A DNA stretch of 63,183 nt, the filler included, from Hausera hauseri (lineage: Eukaryota): assembly GCA_046269625.1 (NCBI GenBank). It is 11 parts of 11 records of this genome, joined end to end, with 100 filler letters (N's around TTAATTAATTAA, not from the genome) between each part and the next. Parts side by side here need not be neighbours in the genome. Positions count along the whole stretch, not along the records: positions 48,370 to 53,235 come from JBJURY010410477.1; positions 53,336 to 59,026 come from JBJURY010205856.1; positions 59,127 to 63,183 come from JBJURY010789535.1; 8 more parts are not named here. One strand, given 5' to 3'. The notes beneath the pieces were generated by a model, which was not told the origin of the DNA, did not search any database, and saw nothing but the letters and a program-made list of their open reading frames with translations. Positions 48,370 through 60,115 of the stretch are shown one piece after another. The translations under genes were made by a program, and so were the position numbers. How positions within the stretch are numbered: position 1 is the stretch's first letter; the number at the start of each line of letters is the position of its first letter.

Positions 48370-50702
48370 ACCGATTTTTAACGAACTGTATCCGTTTGAT
48401 GAAATGAGAAAGAACTGCCATTTGTACTGGAGTAGCACTGTCATACACCATGAGAAAATCTCCGTCAGATCTTATCGGTTGAAGATAAATAGTTCGATTG
48501 ATGATCATCATCTTTATGCCATTTGCGAGGCTGATCCGATCATTAAATTGGCTTATCTCGATAAACGGATTAAAGAAGCATACCAAGGGCTACAATCGTG
48601 CTGTCCGGTCGAATTGGACGCATCGATTTATCATAATTACTCTAGCGATGAGGCCGACAGTCCTTCGGTTGCGCTGAAAACCATATTAGAGAGTCATCTA
48701 AAGATTATCAATTACCAACGAACATATGCACTGCCGGTTGGCCAAGGAATGCTTGGTTTGCAGATTACGAATCCCCAGTTTCTAAAGGATGTAATTGTTG
48801 TACGACAATTATGTTTGTGTTGGAAATATTATTTATCTGGAAGCTATAAGGCCCATATCATTGAAATTACGGTGACAAACCGGGAAAAGGATACGGGTAA
48901 ATAGCCGAGTTTTCACAATGGGGTTGCAGCCGGTCTTATCATATTGTCATATAACTATAATATCGGTCCATCTTGGATTTTGAAACAATGTAATTTGAAA
49001 CAACAGAATGATAAGATAGAACTTACGGCTGAACAGGTTGGAATTATGTTTGGTCTCGGTCTTAACGGGCATTTGAATAAACTCGATAGGACAACTATTG
49101 GCAGAGCATTAAAGTCATTGGATGACATGATTACAATGGCATTTTTAATTGGACTTTGTGTTTAACATGGGATCAAAGAATTCTCTTCTGATGTCATACA
49201 TATCTCTTCATTATGGTCGTATGTTGCCAGACGACAGAGATAACAGTAATCAAATCTCATCAAAAGTCGCCTCTATCATTTCCACCGGGTTAGTAAATTT
49301 CACATTGGGGCACCAACAAATGGCACGATCTTTAATTGATGCAATCAGACGATCTAGAGAACAACTGTTGACAGAGGAAATTAGTTGTTCGGATATCGAA
49401 CCCACTGCAACAACGGCAGAATTCAGCGCTGGATTGATTTTGTTTCAACATGGCGACATGTATGGAAAGCACCATAATCCCGATGAATTGATTCGTTTGT
49501 TGCAGTACCTGAAAAGGGGTTATCAATTTAATATTGCGGAAAATGATATGGACAGTATTCAGGATTCACAGAAGAATATCTCGAAGAATTATGACCCGAA
49601 AAAGCCACAAATAATATCGCATTCGTTGAATTTCATTAGTTTTCAAACTACGACTTCCACAGTTCAAGAAGATGAATGTTACAATGCAGATATCATGAGT
49701 GCGGGTGCTGCTATGGCACTAGGAATGATATTCATGGCTTCGAATAACGAAGCAATAGCCAGTGAATTAAAGTGTCCAAATACGTTTTATCTTCTGAAAG
49801 ATATCCGTTCTCCAGTTTTGTTTTTCCGTTAAACAGCCTATGGTATGATATGTGGAACGGTATTCGACCGACACAACAATGGATAGATAGTATGATCCCG
49901 CAATTTATTTCCCGTAAGGCTCTGCAAGCACAACCGGCGGATATTGTTAAAAAGTATATTGTGACGGCCAATGCGAGTTATCTTCAGTTGCTCGTGGGGT
50001 CATGTTTTGTAATGGCCATGCGAAATGCTGGTATGGATGGTCTCGCTACTAATCTTTGCACATTGAGAAGTTATTCATCAAAAACGATTGTGAATTATTG
50101 GAGAACACTGGCCAATACTTTTATGATTGGGTTTTATCCACTCTCTTTTTATCGACGTGCATGATTGCATCCGAATGGTAATTTAAAGCTGTTGTGTATG
50201 TCTCGAAACCTCAGATCAATAAATCGAGCTAAAGATATGTCCATTTGGCTTTTATTCATGGGCGGCGGAAATCTTACTCTATGCAATCCTCAAAAATCCT
50301 TTGCACATCTTATTATAGCTTTTCCCAAGATTCCCTCTAACCTATTCTAGAAATAGATACAATTTGCAGGCACTGAGACATCTATATGTTATTGCAACGC
50401 GACCACGAATATTTTGTGCTGTTGATATTGACTATCAGAATGATATTCACATCAGCTCCAGAATAAAGTTCAAAAACGATATTAAAGAGTCTCATGACTG
50501 TGTTGTATTCCATCGTGAACACCCATCATTAATTGATGAGATTCAAGTATTTGATTCCAAAGTTGAATATTTTCCACAGATCTACAAACCAAGTACGGAA
50601 TCCTGGAATGTTTTAAGCCAGTCACTGTGCAGTGGTGGATACTCTTGTTATAAAGAAATTGTCTGTTATTCCATTAAAAGACACAAAGTTATCGCTTACT
50701 AA
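48370..50702 (+). pseudogene. ANAPC1: Anaphase-promoting complex subunit 1 (PC-repeat and C-terminal part), intronless with stops and frameshifts
   Basis: QRTYALPVGQGM, *PSFHNGVAAGL, FGLGLNGHL, GAAMALGMIF..NN..IA..L..PNTFYLL, NRYNLQALRHLYVIATRPR. Confidence 0.85.
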
Positions 50703-50722
50703 GAATCCACCCGATAAAATAC

Positions 50723-53235
50723 GTGGAGATACCACGCTACCAGTCTTTTTGTTTATCACCGCCATTATCCATCTACCTTTTTGTAAATAAGAAATTAATA
50801 CATACTGCACACGTAACACAATGTATCGACACAATATATTTATATGACCTCATTTATAAATCCACCACCTTCAGTGACTTCTATTTGACTCATAATGGAT
50901 TCATTGCAACTGACCTCCCACACATCATGTCCTCACAATACTACCTCTGTATATATATTTACCCTAGAATCTGCGGTGGTATGATTTCTTCACCAACCAG
51001 TGAAATCACAGATAAGGTGACAACAAAACACAAATCCATTGTCTACTATTCAAAATCAAACCATCTAACTCCTCCAACCGATACCAGCTTTTCTCATAAA
51101 ACCCCTCCACTTACACCCTCTCATTGCTCTGCATACATTACAGACAATGAAAACTCTAGTAATATTTGGCTACACTTCCATAAACTTTGGCTACAATCCA
51201 ACGACATTACCGACTCGATAACCAAAGCCCATAATCTACTCTACCTTCTACCAAACTCCATGAAGACCTCAATCCATAATTTACTGGACATATTTCAACA
51301 CCCTGATCCTTATACGCAATTGTTCAATGCTGTACTAAAACTAACAGAACCACCAATTGACTCGATAGTACAACGATTCTTTAATGAAAACGCAATTGGG
51401 ACACAAAAACCTAGTGATTTCTTATGCACCTCATTGGCTCACTTACGTACCTTGGGTGTCACCAAGGAATACAATCCGGATCTAATCCGCCGATATTTCC
51501 TTAATGCTTTACCCATTCAAATGATGGCTTTACTTACTGTTGTTAAGGATTCTACATCTTTAGATAAACTAGCTGAATTGGCCGATAAGGCACACAAAGT
51601 TTTTCAATTACAATCACAACCCATCGTATAAGCCGCAATTATGACCTACGATAGTCAACGACATACAGCTATCGAACACCAATTGAATCAATTACGCGCC
51701 GAAAATGCGGCACTACAACTTACAATCAATAACATCAATGATAAGCTGAATGACCTTTCATCACATCGACGGAATGCTTCATTCCCCCATCGAACGCGTT
51801 CTGTCTCAAGAAATCGAACACCGTCACCAACGCGGTCATTTATATGTTATTATCATAAATAATTTAATAAAAAAGCAAATAAATGCTGTTTAGGGTATAG
51901 ATATTATTCCTCGCATCTTCACTGAGATAACATTATTTGCATCTATCATGCAAAATTTGGATCTAAAGCTAGAAATTGTATTTCAGGCTGTAACTATAAA
52001 ATTAACCATAACTACACGACTGATAGACGTTCCAGTTTCTCTAACAATAACCGTCCTAACTCATCAATCCAAAAAAACTGATTTCGCCGCTAGATTTCAC
52101 GGCAGAATCTGGCAAAGGCAACTTACCAAATTTTTCTTGCCGACACATTTCTTTTGCAGTCTTTACTCTAAAAGCTGCTATCTCCACTCCTAATATTCAA
52201 CCCATAGACTTTCTCATAGACACCGGTGCAGCTATCTCATTACTACCACTTTCTTTTCCAGTTCACATTCTTCACTTAAAACAAAACTGTTATGCACCGC
52301 CTCCGGTCAACCCCTTCATACTATCGGAACTTGAAAATTATCTTTCACTCTCCCAAAATTTTCCTCACCATTTCATTGGACGTTTACAGTCGTTAACGTT
52401 CAGACGGCTATACTTGGCTCCATTTCCTGTTACACTATAACTTGCTAGTTGAATGTAACCAACGATGCCTGAATTCAAATACACCTAAAAAATATAGTAC
52501 AGGAATAGACAGCACCCCGACGACAGCACAGCCAACGGTAAGTAGGCAATCAATCTTAAAACAGTCAATATCTCATCTAATCCACTTAACTATGACGTTT
52601 TACCTCGTAAGCATTCAAAGGACAATGTCGATAGTCAGTCACAGCTCAATGTTGGACCTCACTATCTTGTATCTTCAGTAAAACCACTAAACAATAGTAC
52701 ATACCATAATAAGGTCTTGGACACGACCATACTACATCAAATTCCACTCGATTTCCCACCAACAATCAACCAACATTCGCCAAGTACTGCTAGCAACATC
52801 GGGTTCATCGTCACTTCCTATATTCCAGCAAATACCCATAAATTTACAACAATTCATCAATATTTCTTATCCTCGTATACTTTAGAAAAATCGGAATTAC
52901 ACCCCTTTAAACGGCATTTACCACCATATTATTACACGACACCAAAGGCCAATTCGACAAAAGGTCCGTCCATTGTCACCGCATCGCAGGCAGGCAGCAG
53001 TGGCGGAATTTTTTGAACTTGAACAATCACGTATTGTCCGTAGATCTAAATCCCCATGGTCTTTGCCACTCCACGTTGTCAAAAAAAGGATGGATCTTTC
53101 CGACCATGCGGCGATTACGGCCAGCTTAATACTTTAACCATAATGGATGCATATCCACTACCATTAATCAAAGACATATTATATCGGATTAATATTACTT
53201 CAATTTATTTAACAATTGATTTAGCCAAAGTTTAC
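50723..53235 (+). mobile_element. CsRN1-like Gypsy element: UBL-Gag, protease, start of RT (copy C3)
   Basis: DFYLTHNG..YIYPRICGG, QKPSDFL..LIRRYFLNALP..LDKLAELADK, double CHCC, FLIDTGAAISLLP, KKDGSFRPCGDYGQLN..DAYPLP..IDLAKVY. Confidence 0.9.
52072..52113 (+). promoter_or_regulatory. -1 programmed ribosomal frameshift signal (A AAA AAC plus H-type pseudoknot)
   Basis: Canonical heptamer ends gag at TGA 52079. GCCG/CGGC and CTAGATT/AATCTGG stems follow. The -1 frame is open through protease DTG. Confidence 0.75.
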
Positions 53236-53520
53236 NNNNNNNNNNNNNNNNNNNNNNNNNNNNNNNNNNNNNNNNNNNNTTAATTAATTAANNNNNNNNN
53301 NNNNNNNNNNNNNNNNNNNNNNNNNNNNNNNNNNNACCACTTCTGCAGTGATATTAACGCTTTTAATCAGTCTTATAATAGGAACAGTGCTATTCTTCAA
53401 CAAGAGGATTAATCAATATAAACGATTTAATTCCACCGGACGAGTTATACTGCCAACAACTAGCGGATACATGATTGGAAGTAGCCTAATACTCATGGCT
53501 AAAGCTAGAACTAGAGATAT

Positions 53521-54537
53521 ATGCCTATAGTCAAGCCATGGAAGTGGTTACTAATGTTACTAATAACGTTCGTTTTAGCATTAACTAGTTATATTGCTAT
53601 ATTGATCAGGAGATCGTATAAAATACGAAAAGAAATGAAAAGGAGGGAACAATTAACTTTGGACGTAGAAACAGCAAAAGAGGAACCACCTCCAAAGTAT
53701 GATGATGTCTCTAATAAAATACCATATGTTTACAAACGACTAGCAATACCTATAGCTTTGTCAACACTCAATGTAACCTCAACAGAAGCCAGTCAACTTG
53801 ACTATGCACTTATTCCGGCCTTACCGGTCGTAGATTATAAATCATTTTTGCTATTAATGTTTCTAATAGGTTTAGCCAGTAGCACGATAGTTGCATTAAT
53901 AGTAGTAGCGTTTTATAGATTTTGCCGAGTAATAAAACATTATAAAAGGACAATTAAACAACTACCACCTCCTGATTATAAAGAAAATGAAGGAAATTAT
54001 GTTAGATCCAATCCAATACTTTTGTCAACCTTAGTAACATGCTGTTTAATAAGTGGTTGCGCTGCCCAACCTATCAATACAAATGAACTAGACTATTCGA
54101 AGTATGTGAAATTTCTATCATACATATCGGCAATCTATGTAATCGAACAGCTAGCTGAACTAAGTCAATTTGCAAGATGGCAGTGGGAAAAGAAGAGACA
54201 GGCTAATAGAGAAAGATTCTTAGGCGAAATTTCAGACATACTAGCCCCGAAAATAGTTCTAAATTATATGATATCTGAGACAGAAATAACCGAAAACCCA
54301 TGGTCAAAGGATCCTTATATACAACGCTTATTAGAAGAATCATCAAATAATCCTACAAAAGAGATAACAAAAAGCCATACATGGCCAACGGCAGAATTGG
54401 AAGATATACCCTGGATGAATAATGAAGAAATTCAAAGGGAACTTAATAGAATAGCGATAGAACGATACAATATATCGGAGGATAACATATTTAAATCAAT
54501 TAGATACTATCCTAATAGAATTCGGAAAAATATATGA
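53521..54537 (+). CDS. Multi-membrane polyprotein segment with repeated TM, basic tail, PPxY and signal-like units
   Basis: TMs WLLMLLITFVLALTSYIAILI and FLLLMFLIGLASSTIVALIVVAF; PPPKY, PPPDY; signal-like PILLSTLVTCCLISGCAA/QP. Confidence 0.55.
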   Translation: MPIVKPWKWLLMLLITFVLALTSYIAILIRRSYKIRKEMKRREQLTLDVETAKEEPPPKYDDVSNKIPYVYKRLAIPIALSTLNVTSTEASQLDYALIPALPVVDYKSFLLLMFLIGLASSTIVALIVVAFYRFCRVIKHYKRTIKQLPPPDYKENEGNYVRSNPILLSTLVTCCLISGCAAQPINTNELDYSKYVKFLSYISAIYVIEQLAELSQFARWQWEKKRQANRERFLGEISDILAPKIVLNYMISETEITENPWSKDPYIQRLLEESSNNPTKEITKSHTWPTAELEDIPWMNNEEIQRELNRIAIERYNISEDNIFKSIRYYPNRIRKNI

Positions 54538-54865
54538 AGAAGTATCGGCAAAAGATAAATTCTTATTGTTAAAATCATGTGATACAATAAGGAATAATGA
54601 AATAACCAAAGGAAATACTTGGGATAATTCATCCTATAGAAATATAACGGCAATAATAAAAAGATATAAAGCCTATAAGAAAAATGAAATATAGCGATTA
54701 ATCGAAGTACATGAAGCAACACATTTATTACAAATGCTTAACAAATTACAAAAATCGGACCCGAATATAGAAGGTGAAATAGTCAAATTAAAATAACAAT
54801 ATCCAAAGCAAAATCTACATGAAATAGTACATTCTCTCCGCCAGCAATATACAAATGATCAGAAA

Positions 54866-55252
54866 ATGGAAAATAATGAAAGTGAACCAATTGGAGAATT
54901 GTTAATAGAATCAGATATTGAATTAACTTATAAGCAAACCTGGTTACGTATATTTCTATGGGAAATTAATAGGTCCCCAGATAAACAACAATCTCCCCAG
55001 TATCACTATTTAAAATTAAATGTTTATAACCCCGAAAAACAATATCTTATGCAAGACGACGCCTATGCTCTTAAAACTATAGCATTAGAAGCTCAACAGT
55101 ATTTGAAAACAAACCCTCTCAATTTACACGCAGGTGTTTTTACATCTTTCACTACATGGGATACATCTCTATATCAATTACTTAATATAGCTCTACATAA
55201 ATCTAAGAGATCGGAAGCTTCAACCTCAATAAAGAAACTCTCAATGATTTAA
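54866..55252 (+). CDS. Unknown, frameshifted piece of the same polyprotein
   Basis: TWLRIFLWEI..YL..YNP..LHKS resembles EWQRIFIHWI..YL..YNP..LHKS in the next ORF. Confidence 0.4.
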   Translation: MENNESEPIGELLIESDIELTYKQTWLRIFLWEINRSPDKQQSPQYHYLKLNVYNPEKQYLMQDDAYALKTIALEAQQYLKTNPLNLHAGVFTSFTTWDTSLYQLLNIALHKSKRSEASTSIKKLSMI

Positions 55253-55350
55253 TAAAGGACTGTGGTAATGACCATGTAATTGATGGATTATGGACACATA
55301 AAATTAAAAATATCGAGAATGATACTGAAGAATATAAGAAACTCATATGG

Positions 55351-57084
55351 ATGGATTGGCTATTATGGGAAGCAGGATTAGATGATAAACCCCTTACAAT
55401 GCAAATAAGCGAAATAGTTATTAACGTTATGGAAAGAACAGACTATTATAAAACATTGGTAAAATCAAAACTACAAATACTAGAAGAACTTCGACATGAG
55501 GTAGAAATATTGTATGATGATTACTTAAGGGATAAACGAACATTAGGAATAGTGCATCTTGATAGAGAATGGATGAGGGCGAAAGCTAGATGTATACATG
55601 AAACAAGAATGCTTATAGGCATTAGTACTCCACATATGCAGATAGGAAAAGAAATTTTCGAAAGAGGACAATTCCCCGAGGATAGTTACAGGTTACGAAT
55701 ACGGAAGTACTATGATAAGAGAATTATTACTATAGCCGGTCGACGCGGTTATAGTTGCAAGGATTATAGAAATAAAATTTGGACAACTCGTTTATTGCAT
55801 CGAATACAAATATATAAGCCAACTGGTAAACAATATATACAAATGCAATTATGTTTAAAGGCTTTTAATAACACTAAATTAAAATTTCAGGGTTATTCAA
55901 AATGCTCACGGTATAATCATATGATTCAAACAATAATTAGTGACTTCCGCAAAGGTTTTAATCAACCCCCTAAGGAAATGAGCCAAGACAACCCATTAAT
56001 ATTAAAACGAGCCCCGGGAATACATGATCCAATATATGATCCTGATTATCGAGTATACTACAATAATGCCAAAAATTTAGAAAGGGACCAAACCATAAAG
56101 AAGGAATGGCAGAGGATATTTATCCATTGGATAGAAGAAGAAAATTTACAAATTACGAAAGAAAAACAGGCCGTGCTAAACTATCTGTTCGACATGGAAA
56201 AGTATCGATCGTACAACCCTATATTGTGTGGTGACTTTGAGTATTACGATATGATGAGAAGATGCGCTGATAATTACATGAATATTTTGTTCTTGAGGGG
56301 AATAATTGATCAAGAAAATTTTTACGTACACAAAACAATTTGTTGTGCGAATAAACTTCAAAACACACAAGAATGGTCAGACCGAATAACTCACCGAGAA
56401 ATCATTTGGACTAAACTTTTGCATAAAAGTTTAGAATCTATATCGAAACCAACTATAAAGATAGATAGGTGGGTGTATCAAGTCGTGTGGGAATTAGGTA
56501 TGAGTCATCAAGATATATCAAACGACATTGTCAAATGGATTTGTAGTCAATATACAGAATCATTTTACAATTCCAATGAGTATCATCAGCAAGTCCTATT
56601 ACAACAGATAGTGGATCATTTCCATATTAATAATTTTGTTCTATCATCGGATTTCAACACGAAAGAAGTTCGACAGTATATGATACAAATCCTTCTACAT
56701 AATTTCAACAAGAACCGGGATCAGCCCAAAGGGATAAGAGTAACAGACGAAGAAATAATTAACCTAACAAAAGCTAGTACCTTTGAGATTTATTATCGAT
56801 CAATACAATTACACGATGAGAGAATAGACTCGCTTGCTCAGAAATACGGGATAGATAGTAAAATAGTTAATGACACCAGATGGATTAATAGAGTGATGGC
56901 CTATTTAGGACTAACACAAGTGGATTTACTACCCAAAGAAGAAGCATATTTAATAAAATATTTAGCTAAATTACCGCAAAAAACATCATTGTCGACCAAA
57001 CTGCCCTACCAGTGGTACCTAATAGAAATGTCGATGCATACAATTAATATAAAACAATATCTAAGAAAGAAAAAGAAATTTTGA
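55351..57084 (+). CDS. 577-aa protein or domain of unknown function
   Basis: Long uninterrupted ORF, in frame with 57118 across a single TGA. Confidence 0.6.
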   Translation: MDWLLWEAGLDDKPLTMQISEIVINVMERTDYYKTLVKSKLQILEELRHEVEILYDDYLRDKRTLGIVHLDREWMRAKARCIHETRMLIGISTPHMQIGKEIFERGQFPEDSYRLRIRKYYDKRIITIAGRRGYSCKDYRNKIWTTRLLHRIQIYKPTGKQYIQMQLCLKAFNNTKLKFQGYSKCSRYNHMIQTIISDFRKGFNQPPKEMSQDNPLILKRAPGIHDPIYDPDYRVYYNNAKNLERDQTIKKEWQRIFIHWIEEENLQITKEKQAVLNYLFDMEKYRSYNPILCGDFEYYDMMRRCADNYMNILFLRGIIDQENFYVHKTICCANKLQNTQEWSDRITHREIIWTKLLHKSLESISKPTIKIDRWVYQVVWELGMSHQDISNDIVKWICSQYTESFYNSNEYHQQVLLQQIVDHFHINNFVLSSDFNTKEVRQYMIQILLHNFNKNRDQPKGIRVTDEEIINLTKASTFEIYYRSIQLHDERIDSLAQKYGIDSKIVNDTRWINRVMAYLGLTQVDLLPKEEAYLIKYLAKLPQKTSLSTKLPYQWYLIEMSMHTINIKQYLRKKKKF

Positions 57085-57117
57085 GGACCTACCAGAGATA
57101 AAAAAGTTTGGAATAGA

Positions 57118-59026
57118 ATGGAAAAGAATATCGATAAATTGCTCGAACTCCTCCCAAAACCTACCATAGAGAATAAATCTAGTCTAAAACCAGTGCTGGA
57201 AGAAGAAGAAAACTCTACCATCGACGTAAATCCCAATGAATTGAATAATTCAAACCTTGCGGTAAATGTTCAGTCTGTTGAAAATAGTCAGAATACGAAT
57301 TCTACAATAGGTACAGAACCCATTGCAAGTGAAAACATTCTTGAATCGAATAACCAACAAGATGTCGAAAGCAAATCAATAAGTCAACAACGTCAGAGCA
57401 TACAACCGCTGCTTGGAAGAATGACTTTATTCTCATGTATATTAGCATTATGCATGACTAATGTTTTGGCACGGACAACTGCTACGTTTCATTTAAATCA
57501 AACTCTAATCTCAAATTCGGACCAAGGACAAGAGTTACATACTGTATATCGAGACTATTCGAAATTATTAGAAAATGCACGACTGGATTTGAATGATAAT
57601 CGCCGATTTATTTTCAAGGTTTTTTCAATTTACTATAATCCCAAGAAAAAATGTTTAATGATAACTTATGTAAGTGGATTGAATGGACAAGAAAGGGAAG
57701 CAATAACAATGTTCGAAGAAAATAGACCTATCTGTGTTGTGCATTCGGAACTAAAGGATAATAAATGTTGCTTGGTTACTCAAGGATACACTTATTCTCT
57801 TACTTTTCAATTATATCAAATCACTATGGGAACAAATGGATTTGGTCACAATATCACCTTTCAGCGAACTATTTTCGTTACGATACCTACGGAAATAACA
57901 ACTATTAAACCAATTAGAACAGGAATAAAAGCGGACAAACCTATTAAAGAAAATAATGATAAATGTCGCTTAACACCCGAATATGATCGACCAATAAATG
58001 CAGATGTAGATAATTCTAACGGAATTATGAGAATTACCCCTAGAACAGAAAATGTCACCTATATTATAACATGTACAGCGAAGTTAACAAATGATGAGGA
58101 TTATAATATAGAATATTCCGGTATGGAACCCTCAGGAGTTTGTGTACCAGGTAATGACAGACAAATACTGTTGACCTTACAATTACTATCCCCATGTCCC
58201 AATATATTTTGGGTTAGTACAACTTATTTTAATATACTCAACTCACCATTACATGCATCCTACGACGGTTTACAACTTCCTGAATACATTCAAATGATTC
58301 GATTTACTCCTTTGAACATTTCCTATCAAGTAAACGATAAAAATGCCATATTTAACTTCCCTAATAACAATTACATAATATCATTTGACGATGATACGGT
58401 TAAATTCTCACTATATAAGGATACATCTATTAGTTGTGACAATCTCAAACCCCAATGTCTTTACATTGTACAGATAATACACCAACGACAGACTATAGCA
58501 CTATGCCATATAACTACTTCCGGTAAGCGACCCGATGTCCTTATAGAACGGCAAACAGTATCAGACGAAAATAAGATAACAGCGAAGAATCAAACATTCA
58601 TTAAGACAACAAATCAAGACGATGGACATCTGTTACTGATAATTATTGTACCCATCATCATTCTTATTTTCATATTGATATGGGTAGTATGGTTATACGT
58701 TAAAAGCCACCGACAAACTAAAAGACCTGCCCAAACTCAATTATCACGGATTAAACCCGATTCAAGACCCCACAGAATGTTATTACCAATGGGCATATTG
58801 GTCTGTTGCATACCAGATTCATTTACACAGCCAATGGTAAGCTCAATGAAAACAACAAATGTACTTACTCAAGTATCATCTAATACATTTTCGGATTTCA
58901 TGAAATATTTAAAGAGAATCCCGAAAATAGAACCATGGGACAAGCAAGGTATCACTCCAGGAGATATGTACATTCAATATAATTACACAAGACACTGCTT
59001 ATCCCTGAGATTCCTCAATCCACAAA
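57118..59026 (+). CDS. Membrane glycoprotein-like polyprotein segment (signal, Cys ectodomain, FN3-like domain, TM, next signal), 3' truncated
   Basis: MTLFSCILALCMTNVLA/, several NxS/T sites, SCDNLKPQCLYIVQI, TM LLLIIIVPIIILIFILIWVVWLYV, then LLPMGILVCCIPDSFT/QP. Confidence 0.65.
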
Positions 59027-59903
59027 NNNNNNNNNNNNNNNNNNNNNNNNNNNNNNNNNNNNNNNNNNNNTTAATTAATTAANNNNNNNNNNNNNNNNNN
59101 NNNNNNNNNNNNNNNNNNNNNNNNNNTCTTTCCTTTGGAAAATTCGAAATAAGTCACAAACAGTAACATTTTCTAATTTCGGTATAAATTCGAATTTATA
59201 CACAGCTTTAAACCGAAATAACAACTGAGAAGATTCTGAGAAATTTACATCCCCCTTTTTAGGGGTTATCAACAGGGATGGTTTCATCAGTAAATATCTT
59301 TCCAAATTATCAATTACTGTATCAATTGAGAAGTGTTGGCTTTCGAGAATACATTCGATAGATATTTTATAAAAGTATCCAAGGTAATTGACAATAATAT
59401 TTTTCATTTTGTTTATATGTTCATCGGGTAACAAAATGTATGAATTGTGTACCGGAAAATGACACACCGCCATAATTCGATGTCGGTAGAAAATTATTCT
59501 CAACACAAATAGTAAACAGTTTGCATGATCTCGCATGTTGAGTTGTCAATTTATTTGCCATGTTAATTTTTCAATGTAACTCGATACTAAAGTCAAATTC
59601 TAATTGTGCAATCGGTAGATTTGCGCCTTTCTCACAAGCAAAGTTCATTTTGAATTCTAAAATTGTACAATCTCTTGATTCTCGGAATGTTTTCAAAAAT
59701 CATTTATTGTTTTACATTTATCAACGACAACATATTCTGGCAACACATTTGTTTCATACGACACCTTAACATATTCGCTCTTTGTAGTTCGGGTTTTTGC
59801 TTTGGTAAATGTTATCAACGCAGATTAATACGGGCTTATGTATAATAGAAACATTCTTGAACAGGCGTTCGATTATATCGTTGTCGTCTACTTTGAACTT
59901 CTT

Positions 59904-60115
59904 TCATAACAGTACAAAATCGTTGAAGTTATATGGTTCCAACTCAGTTCCATTTCGATTTTTATTTTTCTCCTTGAGCATTCTTCTGCAGTCAGAATTG
60001 TCGTGGTACTTAGCAAAAGCAATTGGTCTTTGATTGATATTGTCGTTGACATAAATAAGACATCCTCTATCCAAGAGAAAATGCAACATTTGGACATGTC
60101 CATATTGAAATGTGG
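59904..60115 (-). pseudogene. Ankyrin-repeat fragment
   Basis: YGHVQMLHFLLDRGCLIYVNDNINQRPIAFAKYHDNSDCRRML fits about 1.5 ankyrin repeats. Confidence 0.5.

Larger units (their letters stand above)
53336..59026 (+). mobile_element. Probable accessory polyprotein region of the large Gypsy family or a relative (copy G6)
   Basis: Nearly continuous intronless coding on an A-rich strand. 57420-58700 shares module layout and motifs with the post-integrase modules of G1 and G4. No pol in the contig. Confidence 0.55.

Noticed and set aside
48890-50360. Tiny introns rescuing ANAPC1
   Set aside because: Lesions fall inside conserved motifs as point stops, and no consistent GT-AG intervals restore the frame.
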